64,000 nucleotides of DNA. Origin: Dicyema japonicum (lineage: Eukaryota; Animalia; Dicyemida). Location of the stretch: the NCBI GenBank assembly GCA_011109175.1, contig RDEW01000099.1:1-64000 (forward strand). The letters are read 5' to 3'. How positions within the stretch are numbered: position 1 is the stretch's first letter; each line of letters begins with the position of its first letter. A program made the translations under genes and the position numbers. Positions 25,147-34,789 of this stretch are shown here, in pieces. The notes under the pieces are model-generated. The model did no database searches, was not told where the DNA came from, and was given only the letters and a program-made list of their open reading frames with translations.

Positions 25147-26115
25147 CAGGGGTTCCCAACGTGATCTAAGTGCTCCACCTGTGGTCCACAGAGATTTTGC
25201 AGTGGTTCACAGAGCGATTTCACAAAATATTAAAATAAAATATTTAAAATAATTTAATTAAATTAATTACAGTAAACCCTCATTAATCCGAACTACTGAA
25301 GATATCATCATTACTAAAGATATCATCATTTCATAACCTAAATCTTTCCCTTTTAGAAAAATCTCATCTAAAGTTAGAAATTTTATTTATTTTTATTTTT
25401 TTAGAAATTTAATAAAGCAATCGAAAATGAGGATTACTATAGCTCTTTGTGCTAATGAAACTGGAACAATGAAAATTACTTTTTTTTATTGGCCATAATA
25501 AAAGACCAAGATTTTTAAAAGATTTTGACTTTGAAAATTATTGTATTTTATTATTATTGTACTATGGAAATAAAGGGTTTGAATGACAACATAAAATTTT
25601 TTTTGTAAATTTACGGAAAGCCATCATTACATCACACACGAAGTATAGAAAACCATAAAAATTGTTTTAAAGAGACTGAGGCAATTAAATTTCTTGATTA
25701 ATTTGCTAATAAAGATAAAATGCTAGATCCTGTCTTGAATGAGTATCGAAAGAACTGAACTTGCTAATGAATAAGAAACTGAAGTGATCGAAGAGAACGA
25801 AATCGTCATTGAACTGCTTACTAAAATGTTGGGCTATAAGTCCAGCAGTTCCAAAATCACGGAACGCTGGATTTCTGAAGAGTTCCAGCCACCAATGCCT
25901 ATTGAATCCTTGATATGAATGAATCATGGAACGCGCTGTCGTGACTGCGAAGGTCCGGTCACTCGACCGATACGTGCTTGTGTGAGGTCGAGGTAGGGGC
26001 ATCAGGCCAAGATGAGGTCCCTGCTAGAGCGTGGTGGGATCACGTGATTAGTTAGTTTGTGTAACCGTGTTCTCTGATGAATGTGGTCCATTTGTGAAAA
26101 AATTGAGAACCCCTG
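25147..26115. mobile_element. hAT-type non-autonomous element with internal retrotransposon fragments
   Basis: Termini caggggttcccaac / ttgagaacccctg; 8-bp TSD atttaatc / atttaatt (7/8 match); a 44-bp stretch at ~25808-25851 matches the RTE at ~19733-19776. Confidence 0.8.
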
Positions 26116-26201
26116 ATTTAATTAACCGAATATCAGGGGGACTAAATCCTTTTGAATATTAGGGATAAGTGAAGATAAATTAGATTAATGTATAATTAGA
26201 C

Positions 26202-27072
26202 TCATAAATTGGAAATGAATTCTATCAATGTCTTTAGTCCTCTCGTGGTGTAAAGATCTCTTGAATCGGCCAGACTTGCATGTGAAAAATCTATCATTTT
26301 AACTACACATTTCTTCTCATTTTCAATATTCTCATTCTCATAGGCAATTATGATAGAACTTGACTTGAAATGCCACGTGGTTTGTTGGTTCAAAAGTTCC
26401 AACAATTCACTCAGTTTTTTAACAATTTTAAATTTATTTTTACTCCCAAACATGAGATCTCGTTCAAAGAATGCTTTGAGTTCTAAAATCACATATTTCC
26501 GACAGAATGCCTTCTCTGAGTGATGATTGGTCCAAAGCTCGACCTTTAGCCTTATCAGTACAGTAATAGTCGTCAGCAGAGCGATACACCTTAGAGTACA
26601 CTAAAACGTAAAACCCGCATTCCACATATCTGAAAGAACACTTTATTCGCTAATTTGTACTTTTCTTGATTGAGAAGTCCGATTTTGATGTCGGCGGCCG
26701 TCGGGGATTTTAAACTGTGAAATACATTTTCTAGGTAAATGAATTTATCCCCTAATCGGTAATTATCGGTGATTACCAATGGAATCGATATTATCTGTTA
26801 TCCCATAATATTTCGGAAAGAAGTTTGTTAGTTTTTTCAAGCAAAAATCTGTTGATTTCAGAATTTCCTGGTAAAAGTGTGCCTCTTGGTACCCACGTGA
26901 ATATTTCTTGAGTCTCTTCACTATAAACCCTCCTGGAATTTCAAAGAAAACTGGTCGATTATTTATTTATTTTACATTGTTTGTCATCTTCTGACTTTAG
27001 TCCATGACCACCTAATTGGTTAGCAAATGGCTTCAAATCAGATATTTTTAATTGATTGAGATTTTCAAACAT
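26202..27072 (-). CDS. IP6K: Inositol polyphosphate kinase (IP6K/IPMK family), 5 exons, 255 aa
   Basis: PFANQLGGH N-terminus, FFPKYYG, PTAADIKIG (PxxxDxKxG), SSSIIIAY, MIDFSH, GLKTLI. Introns 26951-26975, 26752-26776 and 26590-26614 (25 nt each) and 26483-26510 (28 nt, GC-AG) give a 768-nt uninterrupted CDS. Confidence 0.9.
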
Positions 27073-27159
27073 CAATTTATTTTTCGATTGTATTTTATTA
27101 GTTTTTAAGTTTGCTATTAAATAATATTAAATTTCTAATAAATTAATAAATAAATTACA

Positions 27160-27335
27160 ATCGAGACATCTGGTGCGGCCGGAAGTATTACAGCCTTTTC
27201 CTAAAGAAAATCAGGGGGAAATTGGCCCACCGTAAGAAATACGTGCGGGAAGCGGTCTGGCTGAGCCAACTAATTGGAATCGCAGTTGTCCGCGAAAACG
27301 TTTACTCCGTAATGTCTGCAGCCGCTCTCCCCCAT
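27160..27335 (+). mobile_element. CRE-like 3' end
   Basis: IETSGAAGS.....WLSQLIGIAVVRENVYSVMSAA*. Confidence 0.7.
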
Positions 27336-28039
27336 AGTTAATAATTAATATTTTACTTTAATAAAATAACTGACAGTTTTTTTATTCTTAAATTAATAAA
27401 TAAGTTTATTGCAAATTAATATTTTCCGAAATTTCTTAACTAGTAGAACGGAAATAAACCGATTATCTTAATCTGACCGTAAGAATTGAGATCTTGGTTG
27501 AGGAATATCTTCATCTCTTTAAATCAGTGATCTTGGGGCAATAAATAAAGGAAAGAATTCATGCAAGAAATAGAATTTAATTTATTTTTAACGAAATACG
27601 TGTATTTTCTTAATTCATTATTTTTGTAGTTTTTTTTCATTATTATTTTTAAAATGAACAAGTAAAGTCTTTTAGTTAAGCGGTCAGGATTGTATGAGCT
27701 TTTCCTCTGATCACCTTCATCTCGAGCCTAGGCCTTAATATATGTCACCGTCATTACGTGAAACTCCACTGGAACCAATCAAAATACAAATTAGTTCCAT
27801 GGATATTTCAGAGTTTTCTAATTTGAATGTTGCAATTTTTATATTTTAAAATCATAAAGTGACAAAAATCCACTCAAATGAATAGAATGGCATTTTAATG
27901 ATATTTTATTATTTTTAATTAGCAAAAAACTTTATTAATTTCACGTACGACGAAGTTCCATGTGCGGACGGTGATGATGTATTTTAATAACTCAATATAA
28001 TAAATAATCATTTTGCTATCTTGTTCTCCTCCTAATATT

Positions 28040-28290
28040 GACACAAACGAAGCTCCTCTACCGCTGGAACTTCGTATCCATTAAAGCCTTGCGTTGCACT
28101 CACAACATGGATCTACACTACTATATGACATTCTTCTCCGTTTTGTCCATCCTGCCTTCTGGACGACAAGAATACATATTCCTTTCTCCAGGTCCTTCTC
28201 CTAGTTCTGCAAGCACTTGATACAACCGACTGATCTCAGACCGTTCGCTCTTGGCTGTGTCGTTCTTGTCTGCCGCCGGTTTTCTTTACT
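28040..28290 (-). mobile_element. Non-LTR retrotransposon 3' remnant (RTE-like)
   Basis: GC-richer island; weak RTE-type C-terminal similarity on the minus strand. Confidence 0.3.
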
Positions 28291-28829
28291 CGAAGGTATC
28301 GGGGATAAATAAATGTCCTGAGTAGGAAGACATGGATTAATCGTATAATGATTATATTAATCATGTGGTTAAATGACCTCGAATTAGTTTACTAATACTA
28401 ATTCTTTAATCTCTTTTCAAAACTCAAGTCTCCTACGATCTGTAAGAGCTCATTCCAGTCCAAGGGGATCCAGTTTTACTTGAATCTGGAGACTTCCAGA
28501 CTCACGCGATAACTCAACTGTTGACTCTATGCATCAGCCTCCCCCGTAGCTCAATATTCCTTACAAACCGTGCCTTGTTAGCTAACTGATTTTTAAATAA
28601 CAAATTTCCCTCATTCCTTACTTTAGAAGTTGACAAATTGGTCTCTATGGTGATTGCATGAGTATTTGGTTAAACAGACCAAGGGATAATTATGCATTAA
28701 CCTAGGGAACAGAATGTCGTTCAGGCATTGGAAGTCTCATGAGATAGACGAACCCGTGACCTAAGCCACTTTGCCCGACACGGTTGTTAACTAAATTAAT
28801 AATAGTCTATTAGTAAACGATATTCTGAT

Positions 28830-29200
28830 AACTCATGCAGATGATATTTTTCTGTCCTCACGTGATCTGGATATTCAGGTTGCCATCTCAGGATTAAAAC
28901 AACAACTGGAAACTTAACGCTTGGTTAGAGGACAACCACCTATCAATTAGCCACGGGAAATTAATTACTATGCTATCCACCACTGGCAGCAGACGGACTT
29001 TGAAGCTAAAGGTGGATTATACATAAATCCCATATAGTAATTACCAGAAAATCAGGAGAATCACCTTCGATATGGTTTTATCAGCATATCGAAAACGTGA
29101 TTATCAGAAGCCTCTCAGGATTTTTTATGGCAGTGCGTCAAGCCATTCATCTCTTATGCATGTGTTTCTTGGAGTCCTTAGGATCAATTCGTAGAAGATA
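28830..29200 (+). mobile_element. I/Jockey-like RT fragment
   Basis: HADDIFLSS..Q...WL.DNHL.IS..K; catctcttatgcatgtgtttcttggagtc is shared with ~32163. Confidence 0.6.
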
Positions 29201-30206
29201 TAACCTCATGGAAAAGGGTTTAGAAAAGGCGGAACAGTGGAATTGTGTAAATAAATGCTCATCAGTGATATTTCAGAAATAACTAATGCAGGTAAACATT
29301 CAGGATGTCCGTTCTATCAAACAATTCTCTTTCCGGTATTTGCATGTGTGGGTTCAGGAGAGGATCACCTCATCAAACTGAAGGCACTGTTGAAATTTGT
29401 TGGATCACTTGCCGGTCGAAATTTCACTCCTGCCCTATTCGGACAAAAGGTTCCATGCATATGCGATGCTGATAAAAATTGACGACTAAATCATAATTTT
29501 AAATAACAATAGGAATCAAGATTAACTATCATCTTCAGATAGATGATTAGCAAAGTTCTTTCAATTTTTTGACCAGTCAGGATTTGAAACCAACATTTCG
29601 TCAAACAAAACCTCGGGTTTGAACTGTCTTCCAACTCCTTTATCTAACAAAGTTCATAAAAAGGTGTGAGAAGAGGGATTTTATCCATTACACGCAATAT
29701 AGAAATTTTGAGCAATAAACACTTAATCCCCTCAACAATGCATTATTAGTCACTAGGCTCAATAGCCTAATAAATTATAATGGAACAATAAATAATGAAG
29801 AAACGAATATTCGTGAATTGTACTTTTAATAACAAATTATATACACTTTCTAAGCATTTGAAGCAAAATACATTTTGGATGTCGATGTCCTTTACGCTTC
29901 CTGATCGTTAGCTAGAGACTTCAACCATTCTAGGTAATTTCGTAGGGTGACAGGCAGAGTTTATCTTAAGATTTAACAAAGCGTTCCTCTTAACAACACT
30001 AAAACTTTCCATAGATATGCTTGGTTAGGAGGTTAGTCCATACAGTCTTCAGCGAAACTCAGCTATTCCAGGGCTATTGGTTTACAATCAAAATCTCGTA
30101 GATCGTTTTACAAAAAATCCTAATCAGCCAGCTTTGTGATGTTATATTGATAACAAATGAGACAAATAAATATACAAAACAATTAGTAAAGAAATATATT
30201 ACACAA

Positions 30207-31952
30207 TCACAAAGACCCATTTCTAACACAATTACGATGCACTTGGGGTCTACTTCCAACACTAAACAGTGAGATAGCCCGCCCACAACTCCTCAGTCCT
30301 ACAATCACCCAAAATCATACTCTCCACAATAGCATCAGCAACCACATAATAACGACGTTCTGAAAACTCAGTCTTTTTTCCCACCAAAATAGCATCCCTC
30401 ACAAAACCGCACTCAACCATGCTCATTGCGTAGGAGACCGCATCTTTTCGTCGACAAATTCCATCCACGTGCTCTAACAGCCAAGAGACCAGCTCTGAAC
30501 CAAGAAAAGCACTTGAAATCGTCATCTTCAGCCATAGTCTGTCTCGAATAGGCAGAGCATTGTCGATGTCCGTCCTCATCATGGCTGCCACCACAGCAAA
30601 CATATCAGTGTTTAAACTCAATTGTTGGTGACACGTGGGAGTTACTATGGTACCCGAATCCGCAGAAAACCTCGTTATACTACGATCACATAACAACGAA
30701 TCGAGAAAATCATTCGAATCGAAGTCAGCAAATACAAGAGCAACCTTTTTCCTAAAAATCACAAATAGAGACTTTTCAGGATTCAAAGCCACGTGGAGAA
30801 GTTTCATGGACTCTGAGTTTGAAAAATTTTCCAATGATCTTCCATTGACCTCCAAAACAAGCATTCCGGTAGAAATCCGACCATCGATTTCGGCTGCACC
30901 ACTAAACACTAAAGCAAACGAAAAAACCCGCGTAAAATTGAATCGACTAAAATTCCTTGGTCGTTTCCTGCTTTGTCGACTCTGCCAGAAAATCTTATTC
31001 CAACAGGGACGTAAGATGAAATATAAAGTTCTACTTTGACGATTTGGACATCGGCAGAGGTAACCCTAGAAAGAAGGGAAGTACAGAGGCTGGGACAGTT
31101 AATTTTCTTGGTTTATCACATAAATACTTTATTCATTAACTTATCATTCCAGTTTGACCACGAATATCCTGTTGCAATGGAGGAGTGTCTAATATGACAA
31201 ATTAATGGCTTACGATGATTTTAACGGGGGATCGATGTTTTCACCACTACAGGTCTTTCCACTTCTAGTGATAACAAAAACGTTAGGAAATTTAATTATA
31301 ACAATAAAATTTAAAAAATTGGTTAACCACATAAAAATTATATATTATTTTAAATATACGCAAAAATTTTATAATTATTTTTTACCACAAAGATTTATAT
31401 ATAGATTTAGTAAATTGATAAATAATGGTTAACACGTAAAAGTAATATTTAACGTAATATTGAAAACAAAATTACCTTAAATTTAATTTAAAGAATTTAT
31501 TAAATGTTATAATGTTGGTTAACCACATAAAAAATAAACATTAAATAATTAATAATCAAAATTTACAGAGTAGAGGATTTCGCCGAAACAACGCAGACAG
31601 AATTACCGGGAGAATTCCTCTCAGCATTTTTTATTAACTAACAATTGTCAACCAAAAGTACCCAAAACTCGAGTTTTCCGTTGTGAGGGACTCTTATTAA
31701 GTCAGTATCCTTGACCTCCGCTCTCACAGATCTGGGAGTCATAATATCAGCATACCCAAATTCGTCGTCCTGTGAGGAAATAAAAAACCTGTAATTGTTG
31801 GATATCTCTAGTTCATTCTTTAGTTTGGTGACAGGAACAAATATGGAATCCTCTGCATTGTAGGGCGTTTGATGTAGTCGTTTGACTTCAATTTCGTATA
31901 TGTAAGGCGTATTATCGTTTTCGAAATGCAGTATAACTTTAATAGAAGACAT
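30207..31952 (-). CDS. dsh: Dishevelled (DIX, PDZ, DEP), ~407 aa
   Basis: DIX DDEFG|SVRAEV..NGKLEFW|L; PDZ VGIRFSG..GILVDSILRG|GAAEIDGRI..VNG; DEP IRDRLWLKMTISSAFLGSELVSWL..FSERRYY. Introns: 31732-31755 (24), 31638-31661 (24), 31265-31566 (302), 31189-31213 (25), 31066-31140 (75), 30902-30927 (26), 30752-30772 (21), and tentatively 30262-30286 (25; otherwise the stop is at 30262). Confidence 0.92.
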
Positions 31953-32089
31953 CACCTAGTAACACGGCAACATATTTTAAAATTTCAGTATTTTTTAATT
32001 TTTAATATTAATTTTAAAATTATTTAAAATATTATAAAATTAATTTTTTATTTCGGCGATTTAACATCATCATCGTGACATGAGCATGT

Positions 32090-32520
32090 GTTTTTAGAAT
32101 TATGTAGGGTCAGAAACCATCCAGTCCTGAATTGTATATCAAGTAGTAGTTCGATCCACGCATCTCCTATGCATGTGCTTCCTGGAGTCAATTCATCTCT
32201 TATTCTAAGATCTCGGCTGCAAACAAAATATCAGACATAGTCACACATAGTTATTATCAGATAGAAAGGCCGACATTATTGTCTTTAGAGTTACCAATTA
32301 GGTGGGCTCAAGAGAAGATCACTTAACCCAAGTTCCAATTAGTCTACGTACCGTACTCACTGGTGATCTATTGTATACTTTTCTTTTCCCATTGTTGCGT
32401 CTGTGTTGTGATGCATAGTCAAACCCCGGTCTTGTTTCCTAATAAAAACTCTTAAGCTAAATGTTTACGGTATCCGCAGAAAAGTTCTGGAACGTCGTTT
32501 CCTGATTGTGAATCTCCACG
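32090..32520 (+). mobile_element. I/Jockey-like 3' fragment
   Basis: ISYACASWS motif, with nucleotide similarity to ~29150. Confidence 0.5.
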
Positions 32521-32814
32521 TGCAAATTGCAGTTATTTGTGATTGCAGTATAGATCAATCCCTTTCCTAGTTTCCAGGATTTTATGTAAAGCGTTGCCTA
32601 TTTATTCACAAACTCTCGAATGTTGATCCCAAGGAAGGAAAAACAAAAGATCGGCTGGGACACGGCGAAAGGTGATCAGTCCCGTGGACCTCAAGCGTAC
32701 GTGAAGGCCACAGTGGCGACTTTTCCTTCCCGGTCTTGTATATGAAGACATTAAGACCCAAACCACATATTGATTATAATTCAAAGCCAGAGAATTGTTA
32801 GTGAGTTAATATAG

Positions 32815-33938
32815 TTATTTCAATATTGGATAAATAGCATATTTGAGATAATGGCAATTACCCTTCCCACGTGCAAGTCTCATGTAGCCACTCTCACCCC
32901 AACGTATACCCCAACTATTTTTTATAAGCCAGTATTTTTCTCCTTTAGATTCTCCATACCCAACCACCACACTAAAATGGGATAAACCGCCTTGACAGTT
33001 TTTCATGTGAAATATACCTCAACAAATAAAAATCACTACCCCCAAAATACATTTTAAAACGAATCATATCACCCTTCATACTCACGCCTACAGGACCTTT
33101 ATTTACGAGAACATTTTGAAGGATTTTTTCAGACGGAGAAAAGATAACTTTAACTTTTTTCAATTTAAAGCGAATGTCTGGTCTGCCTCTAAATTTGCAT
33201 TTTTGAACCTATAAATTGAAATAAATTGAACTTTCCCCTCATATGGATATCGTCTGCTAGAACTGAGTCCCCCGTTGTGCTTTATGAAATTAAATGCTCG
33301 TTTTGATTTCCCCCCATTACATCCATGATTTACTGCGCAGTCTATAATACTCTGCTCACTAAATGAGACCAGTTTTCTGTATTTGAAAGCGTAATAAGAT
33401 TCCAAAAGAGCAGTCTACGAATTTCAAATCACAATAAACAGTCCCAAACGCGTAGCATGCCCCACACAATCCCTGGTCCTTCACGGCAGTTACAAATTTG
33501 ATTTTCCTCCAATCTAAAGATTTTGGAAATTTGAAAGAATCTCCAAACAGTAACTCATCCTCAAAATCCTCATATGAAGTGTCATTCCTCACAAATCAAA
33601 GTTATTTCCCTTGAATACCTCACTGGTTGTCTAGGATAAATAATGAACATACCATATCAGAAAATCTATTTATTCCTAATTGGAACGATGATTTTCCCGC
33701 CATTTTGTGGTTTTCGAGGATATTCAGGTTAGCAATGAATATAGCCTTTCGGACTTCAAATTCCAAGCCAAAATAGGTTTTGTCTAGATAGATTATTATA
33801 ATTACTGTATTGGTAGAGAAAGCTATTCCATTTTACATTCAAATGATCTTTCTGTACTAAAGGGTATGAGTCATATTTGAATGAAATTGCTGTTCGAGTA
33901 AGATAAGTTAATTGAATTATAAAAATCAGGCTAATCAT
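32815..33938 (-). CDS. CTSL: Cathepsin L-like papain-family cysteine protease (pre-pro), one 1-nt frameshift as assembled
   Basis: Signal peptide, I29 propeptide (YNKTY..E.R..IF..NL; GINRFSDM), [28 protein letters not shown]. Introns 33784-33805 (22), 33631-33652 (22), 33415-33439 (25), 33209-33231 (23), 33018-33039 (22). Spliced length is 1010 nt, one short of 337 codons. Confidence 0.9.
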
Positions 33939-34159
33939 TATGATAATTAATTCTAATATATTTTATTAAAATAAAAATGTTATTTTATTAAATTAATTAA
34001 TTATGTAAATTAAATTTATTTTTTTTGTTCCGCTCACAACTTGATTCATCCGTACAGGAAGTGTGTCGGCTATCGGATAGAACACCAAGAAAGGATGAGG
34101 CGGCTTCTTAAGGAGGCCTGGATCACCTGTAAGCCCTCGCTTTCTTTTATTTTGTCTGA

Positions 34160-34250
34160 AATTCTTGGTTACAAATAAATAAACTTGAAACGTCTGGTTC
34201 CCTTCCTCCTGCGACGATGGAATTCTTGAATCGTCTAGGAAACGCCGCAT
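34160..34250 (+). mobile_element. CRE-like 3' fragment
   Basis: LETSGSLPPATMEFLNRLG; cctgcgacgatggaattcttgaatcgtc matches the reverse complement of 58066-58096. Confidence 0.6.
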
Positions 34251-34429
34251 TAAAAATGAAGTAAAACTAATTTCTAGCAATCTCTACCTTTTTGATGATC
34301 GAAAAGTTGTTGAATAATCGAGAAACCATTGTATATGAATGAATTCTTTGAATTCCTTAAGAAATACAAGACTTATCAATCTCCCCATATCTCCCTGCAT
34401 AATCAACTTTCTAAATCTCTATATATTAA

Positions 34430-34760
34430 AGCTCGTTTTCACATATTTTCGATCATTCAAATAAAAAACAGCACTTTTCAGTGGAAGCAAAATATAGCTC
34501 CACACAGGCAGGCACACAGTTTATTAGAGTAAGAACAGTTATGATAACTATCGGTACAAAGAGAACCAAGGAATGTTCCTACCTTCTTTTTCTTTATGTT
34601 GCATGTGAGTCCTAGACGATCTGGTTCCGCAGTGGAGTATTCCCAGATGACAGCGTCACTCATACCAAAAGCATCATTGATGCTGGGAACCTCTAGCCGC
34701 AATGTACAGCAGGGAGATTCGCTTCCAGAACCATCGGGATTTTGTCCTGAACAATCCTGA
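34430..34760 (+). other. Member of unidentified multi-copy gene-like family
   Basis: ctccacacaggcaggcacacagtttatt ~ ctcctctcaggcagaacacactttatt (12843); tag|ACGATCTGGTTCCGCAGTG ~ 12963. Confidence 0.4.
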
Positions 34761-34789
34761 CTAAAAACTAACGATTTCAAGCGGATCCT

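Noticed and set aside
27160-27340. GC-rich island first read as a structured ncRNA (RNase P/MRP, snRNA); same for 57973-58107
   Set aside because: No conserved ncRNA boxes; both translate to the CRE retrotransposon C-terminal peptide shared by other copies.
29200-29650. C2H2 zinc-finger gene remnant
   Set aside because: Only one degenerate motif lacking the second Cys, with many stops.
30635-31039. ORF-track ORFs such as 30635-31039, 4927-5139, 19073-19309 and 55401-55592
   Set aside because: These are antisense shadows of Dsh or retrotransposon coding sequence.
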